DNA of 60,800 nt, counting the filler, from Sphacelaria rigidula (Eukaryota), in assembly GCA_964200075.2 (NCBI GenBank). It is 7 parts of 7 records of this genome, joined end to end, with 100 filler letters (N's around TTAATTAATTAA, not from the genome) between each part and the next. Parts side by side here need not be neighbours in the genome. Positions count along the whole stretch, not along the records: positions 17,403 to 26,002 come from CAXNAA020010632.1; positions 26,103 to 34,702 come from CAXNAA020010633.1; positions 34,803 to 43,402 come from CAXNAA020010634.1; 4 more parts are not named here. One strand, written 5' to 3'. Positions within the stretch are counted from its first letter, which is position 1; every line of letters starts with the position of its first letter. The notes beneath the pieces were generated by a model. That model saw nothing but the letters and a program-made list of their open reading frames with translations, did not search any database and was not told the DNA's origin. The position numbers and the translations under genes are program-made. This document shows, piece by piece, positions 24,442-36,900 of the stretch.

Positions 24442-25488
24442 GTGAGTCGAATGTAGAGTATACACGACGAAGAGACAAGTTCAGTACAACAGACTGACTC
24501 AAGCACCAATCAGGAAAACGAACGTCTGGGTTTTGTCAAGTAAAACCTGCATGTATATATATATATATATCTATTTATGTATATATCGAATGTTTTGAGC
24601 AAGTACGACCGAGCCGATTTATGCTGTACTAGTAAGTCAGGTCCAATGACTGCTTGCTGCTTATCCATTTCTTCGTTTAAAGAAAAAAAAGCCATGAAAA
24701 CACTCGCGAGCCCTCATGGCTCTGCTCCGTACACGTCTTGCATCATGCCAGGGCGTTTCTAGCTTCGTCGCATACTTTTCCCCGTTAGCCGGACCTGTGT
24801 GCAGTACATTCGTGCACACTCTGGATAATGACAGTAGACTACACTGTCAAAACTGTACTGCGTAGAGTGTGGAATTTATGGTCTATTGTAATGGACGTAA
24901 TAGTCGATACTGTATGCAATACAATTTTGGACAAACTTGTCATATTTGTCATTTTCCAGGGTGTGCGTTCATGCTGTGTACAACATCTGTATCCGTGACC
25001 TTGTTTATCTTTGTTCTATTGCCTCACACGTGAAGCCCCGACAGGGGTTGTCAGAGGTTTTCTCGCAACCAGTACTCGCTCTTACCCGGAGGTTGATGCC
25101 AGCCCACTCCGTTCGTTTTCCCTCTCTTATTCACCTCACCCATTTACTTGAGTTTCCTGTAGAACGCTGTAGAACAGTGGTTTTCATTCAATACCTGTTG
25201 GGGCACGCCATGATTTTGTTTTTTATTTTTGCTTGGCTTCGCATGTCGAGTGGGAGCGATGGGCTCCATCTCCATGAATCCAACATATGGTTACCTACCA
25301 GAGGCATCGATCGGATACTACGGGGGATATATATCGTATATTTTTTGTTTTTGTTCTTTATTATACCGCGATTGTGTTGATTTTTCTGGGTCCTTTTACA
25401 TCTTTTTTTATTTTTATTACCGCTTAGTTTGGGTAGTCAGCCTGTGACACCACAGAAGACGTCCGCATTAGATGCCCAGTGCGGAAGT

Positions 25489-25745
25489 GAGCAATGCTAC
25501 GGTAGGGGTGCACTTTTTTCGCGAAATTATGTCTAGTTCAGGGGCTCCTAACGATTCTAGATGCGCACAAAAACGGGTGAGGGCATCGCCGTTTGCAAAT
25601 TTACTCGGGATATCCCCAGCACATTGGAGTAGTAATCGTGGCGTACTTTCGCATGTTTTCATAGGTAACGTTTTGCATGAGATCAAGGGCTCCTAACAAT
25701 TCTAACCTCAGACAATATTTGTGCACCCCTACCGTAGCATCACTC
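25489..25745. mobile_element. 257-bp Sola2-like MITE, copy 2
   Basis: GAG...CTC termini, 25-bp TIRs, perfect 4-bp TSD AAGT (25485-25488 / 25746-25749). Confidence 0.8.
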
Positions 25746-26198
25746 AAGTAGAAGTGCTGCGCAGACATCGGAACGATTTTTTTGTTGGTAGGTCTGTCTT
25801 TGTGACTACGGTCACATTCGTGGCGGATCTGCTGATGTGCGATAGTCACTCATTGTATGGATTGCGTTGGCTACAAATCGCTTCCCCAACGAAGGTGCTC
25901 CTGCCCCCCCCGCTGCGAGGTCAGTGGTCATATGGCTATGGAATGCAAGATCATGAGTACCCCCCCCCCCTCCCCCCCCCCCTCCCCGCTAAAAAGGCTC
26001 ATNNNNNNNNNNNNNNNNNNNNNNNNNNNNNNNNNNNNNNNNNNNNTTAATTAATTAANNNNNNNNNNNNNNNNNNNNNNNNNNNNNNNNNNNNNNNNNN
26101 NNAGCTGTCTATTACGAAGTCGCAGTTTCGACTGTGAAAGTGCAGCGTGTTGTTGTTGAGGTGGAAATCGTCGTGATCTACGCCGTGTGGTGTTGACG

Positions 26199-26310
26199 GT
26201 GTGTATTGTTTCAGCCACTCATCAAACAAGTATGGAGTCTGTTGGGCTCTCGATGTGCGCAGCCCAACAGACTCTATATTTGTTCGATGAGTGGCTGAAA
26301 CAATACACAC
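26199..26310. ncRNA. Candidate miRNA-precursor-like hairpin
   Basis: 50-bp stem, 12-nt loop; on the + strand only two G-U pairs and one A-C mismatch; single copy in window. Confidence 0.4.
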
Positions 26311-26735
26311 AGTTGAAACCGTACATGCGCCCGCACGTCGAGGCGTAGCACGAAGTCAACGGTGATGAGGCTCTCGCGTCGTTGGTGCCTAGCCTACCTT
26401 GCTGGGCCTTGGTGTCGTGGAGGTGCGCGAAGGACCGTGCTCCTCCACTGGGAGTTGTGCGGCGTGTTCTTCCGAGTAGTGCGAGTATAATGGTGTTCGT
26501 ATCGAGTGTTTCTCCATCTGTTCGCGGGTGGATTAAGACCTCTGCGAACGCTAGATGTACGTGGCGGTTGTGGAGTTCGTGTGATGTGTTGTGTGTTTCA
26601 GCGTTGAGAAGTACTGGTGTGGAAGTATGTAACCAGAACAGACTAGCTGGTGCACGATGCGCGTTGGTGCTGCATCAGTTTCATGTAGTTGACGTATTTT
26701 TTGTTATTGCGATTCAGGGGTGAGCTCTGTCTATC

Positions 26736-26775
<40 letters not shown>

Positions 26776-29504
26776 TCAGAAAAATGTCGACAGTATCGGG
26801 GAAACTTCTTCACCGTTCGGTATGAAGAAGCTTCGTTGTTGAATATTACTCAAGGCTTGATACGAGGTGCAGGGTAATGTGTGTGACCATCCATCGTTCC
26901 ATGGTGGTGAGTAAATAAATGCCTCCAGCGTTACGTTGAGCCTGTGTTATTGTGTATCGCTGTAGTCGTAAATATTGTGTAGGTGTACAAAGCAGTATGC
27001 CACAATCGCAGGCCATCGTTGACAGCATCACCTGCTTATCTCAGCTGGCTCGTGCATTTTTGGCAGGGGTGAAGGTATGTGACAATACCTTGGCCGTGAT
27101 ATGGGACCAGTATTGGACATCGGTTAATCGTGTAGCTGTTTTCGGTTAAACTGTACCTGTACCAATAGTGCAATGTGCTCCCATGTCGGCAACATCTTGC
27201 CTCGTTCAGGAAAAAGAGATGTACCCCTTTTTTGCCCTGCTTGTGTTCTGCTTCTGACTGATTATAGTGTCCTCCATTGTGCCGTAGCATGGCGTTGAAA
27301 ATGCCGGCACACTCAACAACCTATTCGCCGGACTGAGTATCTGGCAGATGATGTCGAGAGAACCCAAAGAAGTGGAAACCTTACATGCTTGTTCACGCTC
27401 AGCCGTGGGCATGTGAAAAAGGCGATGGACGGATTTAGGTTGAAGGCCGTAGCGTCGGCGCCAAGGGCAACAAGGTACCCCGGCCGATCAGCGCCCTTGA
27501 AGCTATTCTGAAATGAAAATATGAATTCCCAACTCAATTTTTACGAAATGCTCACGTGCTTCAAGTCGTATAGTGACAAACCACCATCATCTCGGGAATC
27601 GAACGGAAAAAACGGTTTCGAAAACATTTCCTTTGGGCTCAACGTATCCCCGAAACCACAGTATTTCGATCATGTAGGGTTTGGGTGTCGGTGGGTTCTT
27701 GCTGATGATGGATATGCACCCAAACCCGAGAGAGCCTCGTGACGGTTTACTCCACATCTATCGTGGAAGAGCTCTGGTCCCCTCGAAACTCGGCAGTTGG
27801 GTAGGTATTGGTGCTCCAAATAGGATGATGTATCGTTGATGAGGAATCTCAAGCTTTCTTCGCTCGTTACCGGCTTGCGGGCGTCTTCACCTCGGAATCA
27901 AGACCCCGGGGAGCCGGTCACGAACGCCTAAAAAAATACAATGAAAAATGTACACGCCCTCGAGTAGTCTAAGTAATGTAAATGTGCAGGATTTTTGGTG
28001 GCGTAAATGAAAAAACTGATGCAATGGGGTCGTCGTCACGTTGACCCCTCCGACCGCCATGTTAGGGTCATCTCCTAAAACGGCATCACTTTCACTTGGA
28101 AAATACTGCATGGCCACATGACCTACCGACCCTCGCGATCAAAGGGCTGAATATATCCCAACAGCCGGTTGTGACGCTAAAATCAATTAACTAGGATAAT
28201 GTACCTCTTCATTGCACAAAAGCGAACCAATTGACGATGTTTTTCAAAGTTAGTCTCTGAAACTTCGCGCACATATCTGAAGGCCATCACGTCACTCTCC
28301 ACGATTGGGGTCATTTTTACGCTGATTATCGGGGGGCCCAGATGTACATGTGATCCACCAGGACCCTGGAATCCGCGGTAACCGGCGGAAAACAAGAACA
28401 ATTGAGAGCACCCCATCTCGGAAAGTTTCATGACTCACGCTGTATATGTGCATATCTTCAGATTACAATACCATCAAACGGCGTGATAGCTACGTATCTG
28501 AAGATTATCAGAATTTGACTTATATCAAACGGTGCTATTTTTGCGTATGCGAGATTTCTGGTGGTAATGATAAGCATGAACCAGCCTGCAATTCTCTCCT
28601 TGACTGGTGTCTCTTGGGTAATACTTCGCCAAGCAAGCCGAGGGGCGGCTCGAATGACGCCTCTCAGCCGTGAGCTGAATCCGATGTGTCTTGTGTTGCA
28701 TCAGCCGCGTCAATCAACAGTGATCTAAAACTCCAGATGCATTGACGTTTTCAATTATCACGTGGAAAAGTTTCACTACCGATTTGCCCCCCGAGGCCTT
28801 TCATGATGCCATATATGCTTTCCGTGGTACCTTGCCACTGCAGCTCCTGAATGGGATATCGACTTGTAGCTGTAAGCATGCGACACTCTTTCGGGCTAAT
28901 ACACACACAAAATGAACATTGGTCAAGCTATAATAGAGCTGTTGTTCATAGAACCCACTCTCATGCTAACAACTCATACCTAGCGAAAAGGTTGTGTCAC
29001 CGACAAAACGAACACTTTAAAGGTACACCTACACCCGGAACCTTGAAGCCTGCGTCCGACTGGCCAGCACAAGAGTACACAACACCAGCCGTCTATCCAA
29101 ACCGCTCCACCGTCGAACGGCCGACAAACACTTCGCGTGGCCGCGTGCCATACATCTACGAATACTGCGCCGCTCATCATGACATGACATCAGACAGCCC
29201 CACCAACACGCCAAAACACAAGATGATTTAGAAACACAAAAATACACCTTGACCAATGTACTTCTCCCACACCTCACTCGCCCAACGAACCGTAGCCCAC
29301 CATGAGGATGCCTCACGCAGTACGGCGTGGACACCACCCATCGCTCACCCGTTTGCACCTCCACCTCTAGCACCCAAAAGATCGGATGTACAGGTTCGCC
29401 CCCAAGCATCCATGAACTTGGGTGGATTTCGTCACCACTCTCGCCCTGCGGCGCAGGCTGTTCAAAACCACGTCCTCATGTCAACACCTATTCCCCGAAG
29501 CACA

Positions 29505-29747
29505 CTATCGTCCTCCACGTCGCCCACCCTTACCCCTACCTCCACCGCCACCCCTCCCACCACCGCCACCTCTACTCCTAGCGCCGCCTACGCCCCTGCC
29601 CCTGCCCCTGCCGCCGCCTCGACCGCCCCGTTGAGCGTCCCGGCCCCGGCGGGGACGATCAGACGTGCCGGCTCCGCTGCCCGTGCGCATCCGCTTTGTG
29701 CCGCCCCTGAGCTTAGCGCCCTCCTCGACTTTTCGGCGCTTCTGCAG
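29505..29747 (-). CDS. UTP20: UTP20 (SSU processome component 20) terminal exon with RGG-rich tail
   Basis: Acceptor aaacag (exon start 29747) or ctgcag (29741); (LQ)KRRKVEEGAKLRGGTKRMR...RGGRGGGRGRGRG...GGRRGGR*; in phase with upstream exon. Confidence 0.7.
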   Translation of the reverse strand: MQKRRKVEEGAKLRGGTKRMRTGSGAGTSDRPRRGRDAQRGGRGGGRGRGRGVGGARSRGGGGGRGGGGGRGKGGRRGGR

Positions 29748-30355
29748 CTGTTTTGGTGTTGGGAGAGTAGCAACGAATATCGTGGTATTCCTCTGTTAGT
29801 TGGGTGTTTGATGACACCAAGAATATTGTGGTGAACGCCATCCCGGACAAAAAATCCGTCATGGTATCGACGAAAAAAAGACAGCAGTATTCGGTCATCT
29901 CGTGAACCAACCCCCCACAAGGTGCCATGACCTGCCTTGCCACCCGACTACACGAGTCTTGACTGACAAACAAAAACGAGGGGGAGCAAAGTGGTAGGGT
30001 TCAGTCCTTCACAGCAAGCCAACCATAAAGTCAGAGGAGAACGTCACGCTAGAGGAGCGGCTACTTTCGAGCATTGGAAAGTTGGAATCTCTGGTGTATT
30101 ATGGAAGAGTGGATCGGTGAGGACAAGGGAGGGTGCAGGCAATAAAAAATTCAAGATTCGTCGGTGATTGCGAACAAAAAACCGTCGTCTTTGTAGCGAA
30201 GGAGATCCGCACCTACAGAACAGCACTGATCTGTACAGGTACCATGTCATGTCCGAATACCAAGGACGACGAGACGCAGTGACATCACGGAGCCTCAAAT
30301 CGACGTCCTACCCGGTCAACGCTACAGCTATGACACGTATCGGCACGTGTCGTAC

Positions 30356-30532
30356 CTTGCCGAGCTCCGTTCGCTCTCGCCGTCTCTCCGCAGCCGCGAC
30401 AGGATCGGTCGCCTTCTCTACCGCGCGCTGCCGCTTCCTTTCCATCCGCTTACGCGAGATTTCCATGTTCACCGCTGTCAACGTTTCCAGGAACTTACCG
30501 CTCCCCACCTTTGCCTCGAGGAGTTCCATGAC
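30356..30532 (-). CDS. UTP20: UTP20 exon
   Basis: VMELLEAKVGSGKFLETLTAVNMEISRKRMERKRQRAVEKATDPVAAAERRRERTELGK; matches the UTP20 C-terminal RKRxRA...DP..AA motif; cag/gtacga splice sites, 59 codons. Confidence 0.88.
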
Positions 30533-30860
30533 CTGTTACGTAAGGGAGAACGAAAAAATCAAGCACACGGGAATGGGGCAAACTGTGTGGGGTCGATCGA
30601 GGACGCAGTTCAAGGAAGCGAAGCTTCTGGAAAGCTGAGAACAAGGACTCGAGTTTCTCTGCTGCCAGTGAAGGGTTATCAACAAGGATTCGAACTGACC
30701 TCGCAATCCACACTACATGGCACCTGACGTACCCATGCTTGCAGCGTACGACTTGAACAAAAGCCGAAACAGAGTCAGTCAGCTTATATTCTGACATCCT
30801 CCACCAACCTCCTCCCACGTCCGACCTCCAACTCCCAGAACGGCAGACACAAAAATATAC

Positions 30861-32231
30861 CTCAGTGGCAAGCTCCGCAGAAGTCTGCTCCTTCACCGCG
30901 CCACCAACACCATTACCACTACCCGCGCCGCCCACCATGCCCCCAGCCCCGGTCGGTAGCAAAGCAGACTTATGCTCCACCCCACCGGCCTCAGCGTCCA
31001 ACACTGCTCTGCGCAAGGGCAGCAACATGACGGACAGAAAAGCAGCAGACACCTCCGGTTCGTGGACAGCGGCCATCGCAGCGAACCAGCTGAAGACGGC
31101 ACGGCGCCTCGCCTCCCCCTTGTGCACCACCATGTGTGACATGCGGTTGAATACCCATCGCAGCGGGTCCACCGGCTTCGTGGTCATTGATGTTGCTGCT
31201 GCTGCTGCTGCTGCTGCTGATGCAGATGGAGATTTAAGAGGCGTCGATTCCGCCGCTCCGGCCCGGGAGGAACCGTCACCCCTGGAAATGTCTTCGGAAT
31301 CGTCCTCAGAACTATTTTCGGAGTCGTTCTCGGAATCTTCCCCCGAACCTTCCTCTTCATCGGATCGTATTTCTTGTTCTTCGCCGTCCACTGCTTTCCC
31401 TCCCTCCTCCTCCTCCTCCCCGCTTTCATCGCCATCGAAGCACAGATCCGGGTTCAGGTGCATGGCACGGCCGACAAACACGAGATTTTTCACGCATTGC
31501 TCACTGAGCTTGGGGTCCACCTGCGACCTGTTCAGTTGCGCGCAGAAGTTCTGGCAAAGTCGGAACAACACGCGCCTGGTGCGCAGGAACTCTCGACCCC
31601 CGTCGTCGCTCGACTCTTGCTCTTTCCCCCTGCCCTTGGGGGTCTGACCAGGATCATATGCCGCCGTCGCAGTGCCGCCGCCTCCCCCGCCACCTCCGTG
31701 GGAGAGGGTCCCCGGATCTCTCTTGGAGAAGAACGAACCCCAGAACCTAGCTGCCGCGAGTCGCACCCAAGCGTGAGGATAGAGTAGGGCTTCCAGAAGC
31801 CGATCGAACAGCCCGCTTGCTAGCGACGAAGACAATGATGAGGACTCTGAATTCTCGTCTCGGTCGCCACCACCATCACCATCCCGCCTGCCCCTGCCCC
31901 AAAGGCTACCAGAAGAGAGCGCCGCGTTACACGCTCCGGGAAGCACGTCAAACGCTTTGCCGACAGAAATCACGGCGTGATACACGCCTTCCCAATCGCC
32001 CCTGCTGTCGCCATCTCCGGAGCCAGCTGAGTCCGCCCAGCCGAGATCTCTCGCGGCGGCGATAACTTCCGCCGCTCTGGGTGGGAGCATATTGGTCAAC
32101 GCCGACAGCAGCCACGGCAGGCGCTTGCCCGTAGTGGTTCCCTTGCGAATGAGATCCGGCCGCGCCTGGACGAAGATTCCGGAGGCTTGGGCAGCGGTTC
32201 GTCGGAGCGCTAGGGCTTGTTGGTCGACCGC
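30861..32231 (-). CDS. UTP20: UTP20 exon (457 codons)
   Basis: LLYPHAWVRLAAARFWG, KLSEQCVKNLVFVG, LRWVFNRMS, RRAVFSWFAAMA, LLPLRR motifs of the UTP20 C-terminal HEAT region; cag/gtatat splice sites. Confidence 0.9.
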
Positions 32232-32571
32232 CTGAGCAGAGCATGGACACAATAAGCATAGTGGGAAGGACGTGTGGGGTGTTGTTTTGCCCGTGTCGAG
32301 CTGCTGGCTGAGAGTGCCGCAAGACCTGATCTCCACCCAATTACTTGATCTTTCGTTAGCTCGCATGCACCACGCGCGTAAGCAGAGCAACCGCACTCGA
32401 AACGCACAGCGAAGCCAATAGACGAGCAGTGCGGTCACACAATAAAAATACATATGAACAAAAATCATGTGAAATGGGAAGCAACACACCGAAATTCGCG
32501 GAGCAACACGGACTCCTTCCCTTTCTACTGCCCACATCCCAAATTACTTAAAGTTCTCTCCCGACTCTCAC

Positions 32572-32868
32572 GTTGGCGGAACTCCCCCTGGCGTTGTCAT
32601 CATCCAGTCCGAACCATTTTCCAGTGCATTCCAAAAGTTGGTGGAACACCCCGCCAGACACCCGGCTGAGTAGCGTGCTTACGGCGCTGGCGGCCGAGGC
32701 ACGACACTCCGACGCCGGGTCGCTGACCAGACGCACGACGAGGGCGAGGTAGAGGATGCTTGAGAGTTCGTCGAGGTTGGGCCCCGGTAGTCGTTTGATG
32801 AGCTGATCGCAGAGCCTGAGAGCCGCGAGTCGACCCTCTGCGTGCTCGTAGGTCACGCCGCTGATGAT
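32572..32868 (-). CDS. UTP20: UTP20 exon (99 codons)
   Basis: IISGVTYEHAEGRLAALRL...LYLALVVRLVSDPASECRASA...; cag/gtgaga splice sites. Confidence 0.9.
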
Positions 32869-33791
32869 CTGTGTGTTGTTGTCGTTGCAAGAAAAAGAGT
32901 GAGACATGAAGGCGGGGGGGGAAAAAAAAAGACTATTGCTCAGGGTTCTGATTAAGGAGGCTACTTTTCAGACCTTTTTTTTTTCACCAAAATTTTCCCA
33001 AAAATTGGACCATTTTTCTGACTTCTCTCGAAAAAAAAAATGATTTGGCGAAAAAAAACCCGACGATACATTTTCGTCGAAGTCTGTAGTCAGTTGGTCG
33101 TGAATTGATTTATTGCTTCACCTGGTTAAGAATACACTCTCGTATTTTCCGGAGAAGACTTTCTTTTTTTCCGAAAATTTCGGAGATTCCGGGGGAAGGG
33201 GAGGTGGGAGGTCTGTTAGTGAATTAGTGAACACCCCTTACTTATATTTTTAGTCTCTTGCCTCATGGACAGTACGGATATGCCACCGAAAAGATAACTG
33301 AAATCACGAGGATACCATCTAGGGATATCTTTGGTGTGGCTTTATATTTAAAGGCATGCCTCAGCGCATCATATTTCCCTAAATGCGTCAAAGTAATGTG
33401 ACGTGATCAAAAGTCATATCCTCTGGACGCCCCCGTGCCTCCGCTGTAAAGTGTATATATAACCTACTATCTTCGTCCGTACACAGCACAAAAACACAAA
33501 AAAACATCTCTCGCCATCTAAACCCACAAAAGTGTGTCTGAAACAAATTATGTGCCGGCTCGGCAGCCAAATCTTATCAAATCGGGTGCAGGCGCACACA
33601 GTGCTTCATTCACATTGCTTGTGAAAGTGAATATGTTCCACGATTGTGTCCCCCCCCGAAAAAATGTTAGCGTCGACACTTCTACTACAATTCTAGGAGT
33701 CGCAGTAGTGCGCATGCACCGCCTGGGTGTAAAACGCACCAGGTTTTGCGCCGGCAAGCGCAGTGAAAAAATAAAGTCGCCGTGACCTTAC

Positions 33792-33935
33792 CTGGTTCAG
33801 GTGAAATTGCAGACGCTTCTCGCCCAGAGGGTAGTGGAGGAGGAAAGTGAGAAACGTTTGTCCCGCAGTAGTGCGTAGCGTGGGACGATGGCTCGTAACC
33901 GCCAGCTCCGCTAACTTTGACATGAGATCGTAAAC
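33792..33935 (-). CDS. UTP20: UTP20 exon (48 codons); upstream exons lie off the contig
   Basis: VYDLMSKLAELAVTSHRPTLRTTAGQTFLTFLLHYPLGEKRLQFHLNQ (YDLM...FLLxYPLG.KRL UTP20 motif); cag/gtaagg splice sites. Confidence 0.9.
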
Positions 33936-36900
33936 CTGCCATGAGAGGTGAAAACAGGGCGCGCACGCGCGGGTGGGAGGGAGGGGGGGAGCGAAGACGT
34001 CGCCACACGGCGATTCGTCACCTCAAAAAAAATCATTTCGATAAATTAAAAATATATATATATACGACTCATGTGTTTTTGGTTATTTCATTGGAGTAGA
34101 TATTCTGTTTATTTTGTTTATTTTGCTTAGTTGTTTTCGTTTACTGTCTTCCGTTATATTTTATTCGTTTTATACATTTATTTATCCCATTTATGAATTT
34201 CAGACCCCGGCTCGACTCAGTCGATCGAGTGAACCCAAAACTATACCCTCTGCTTTTACTTCATGTGCCTGCACGGAGCGCGGCGAAACGTTGTCGTTAC
34301 AGGAGCCAACAGCTGACGGCAAGAAGCAGCACGATATCACGTACAACACCACACCCCCGGCCCTGGCCTTCTTCTCTTCCTTCCTCTCCTTTTGCCTGCT
34401 TCAGGGGATAGGTAGATTGATAATAACACGAATGGTGACCAAAATAAAGTAGGGTTCGACGCAGCTTCTCGCGGAGTCCCCCCGTCCCTTCTCCCTCGAG
34501 CAAACGCACCACCGCACATACTTGGTCAACACGAGACAACATAATCATTTCATAACGCAATCTTTTCAGCGCCGAGCTATCGAAGATCTCAAACCCATTC
34601 ATTCATCGTCCATCATATTGCGTCCTCCCGGACTAATCCCCCCCCCCCCCCCCCCCCCCCGGGCCGGCGCGCTTGGTTGGGGGAGACGAGACAGAAAGGG
34701 GGNNNNNNNNNNNNNNNNNNNNNNNNNNNNNNNNNNNNNNNNNNNNTTAATTAATTAANNNNNNNNNNNNNNNNNNNNNNNNNNNNNNNNNNNNNNNNNN
34801 NNCCACGTTTGGGTTCGCTCTAGCCAATGTCGCCAATATGAGGCGCTTCATGCAGCCTGAAACCGAACATCCGGCGTTGTATGGCCATTTTTTTCGTGAC
34901 ACTTTCCGCTGGTTTTGGGGGGGGGGGGGCTATCGTAGAAAGTGTCGCACATGATTGGGTCTGATTTTCTTAAAATCGGAGCAGACATCACATAGCCCCG
35001 AAGTTCTCAAGCATGTATGACTCGCCCATACCCTTTGGAGCTATCCACCAAGGGCAAAAGTATCAATCAGGGGGAACCACGTTGAAGTGACATTCAATTT
35101 CCATGACAATAACACACATTTAACGCATCAATGATCTGCTCCCTCCCTGACCGGGGTAGGGTAAAAACCCCATGTTGATTTAAGCTTCGCAATTTCCGTT
35201 CACGGGGAATCGGCTCACATGGTATCGTGCCTTGTAGCATGTATGCACAACCAGTATGGTATTACGGTCACACAAGCAGTTTCGTAAATTTGCAAAGCAC
35301 AGAGTAAAAGGATATTCTTTCACCGTTGCATACGTGGTCATGCATGAGATACTCGAGTAAGTGGTTCGCGTTCCTAAAAGTATATATGTATGTTATGCTG
35401 TATGTACTCGGTACTAATTGTAGCCGACAACCTTTCGATAGCCCTGTGTATCTCTTCTACAGGCAGTTCGTTAACTCCCATCTGCTGGTTGATATCGCGT
35501 TTAGTAGTTTCACTCAGGCAACACTGCCATCACTACCTCATGTGTCCCCACAGTATATAGACTCGAATAAACAGTACAGTACACGGCAAAGGTTCTTCCG
35601 CATGCATAGTCCAACATTTGATATTCGATGGTGATTCGCAACAGTTTTATTCCCAAACGCATATTACTCATGCACTGTTAGACTGAGTACAAAGTCAACG
35701 ATTTCATCGAGGAGATGGTGCAGGCTGTAAACAGTCAGTGCCGTCATCCTGTCCAGCCATATTGTAACAGCGTCACAATAAATATAACGGTTGCATGTCG
35801 TAAAATCCAAGGGTGTAATCGGAACTCAATGTGCGCAGACACACGCGATTTTTAATCCAGCGGGTCTTGTCGAGTTTGAGTACGTGTGGGGCAGCATATT
35901 GTACCGTGGTTCCATTTCAGTCAGCTGTGTGAAACTCAAAAAAACATAGCATATAGCAACAGCAGCGTCAGTTGTGAACAAGTCTAACGTTAGTCTGTCC
36001 AGCGGGGCACCCCGAGCGTGTGGTTACAGCATTATGAATTGCGAACAAAACCAGGATTGTTTTGGTCAGAAACCCAGACAGTGGTGCAATATGCCTATTA
36101 TTTTGTTTTTCAAGTGCGGAACAATTAAGCAGAATTCGTGTGAAGAGCGATCATGAAGCAGGAGAGTTGTCAGTGCCAAATATGACGGTTGTTGGAGGAG
36201 CGCTTGTTTGCACATTGACCACCACTCAGTGAAGACGTGAATGCAGCAATACAATTTTGTGTGCCCAACGGATACGGCGGTTGTAAGCAGCAGTTCAGAC
36301 AGAGCAACACAGTACGGCGTCGTGAATTCTAGACCGCGGTGCGGGTAGTCCCTTTGCGTCATGCATATCTTTTTCCAAGTGAATATTGATGCCAACTCAG
36401 CAGGTGACCTACCCTCGTGGTCAACATGGTCAATATTCACAACGAAATGGCGTCGTACAGCTATGTCATCCAAGAATACAGCATAGCGGTGTAGATAATC
36501 ATTTCATCTTAGCGTAAACCGACGGAGCTGCAGGAGTATCATTGCGCAGGCTTGAGGTGAACACTTAAAACTTCAAGTCCAGCTGGTGTCGGTAACGGGG
36601 CGAAACGGGTACAGTGGTTTCACTTCATTTTGAGTTGCAGTGCAAATCGCTCCTTTCCGCTGCATTGCACAGCAGGAATCGGGCTTACAGCAGGTGTTGC
36701 ATCGAAGAATATAGCAAAGCTGGAAAGAGCAACACAACAGCTGTTGCATGGAAAGATTTAGTAAAGCAGTATAGAGAGTCATGCAATCCTAGCATCCACC
36801 GTGACTCTACTCAATCAGGTCTACACGACAAGATTTGACCTGTCACGGCGATAAAGCAAGCATGGCGTTGTCTCATTCATCACACGGCGAAATCAGAGCC

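Noticed and set aside
25793-25880. SVFVTT...YGLR as the last TANGO2 exon (SIFV...YGTR)
   Set aside because: Phase is incompatible with the 24441 donor and the motif match is poor
30865-31647. 260-aa + strand ORF
   Set aside because: Antisense shadow of the GC-rich UTP20 exon
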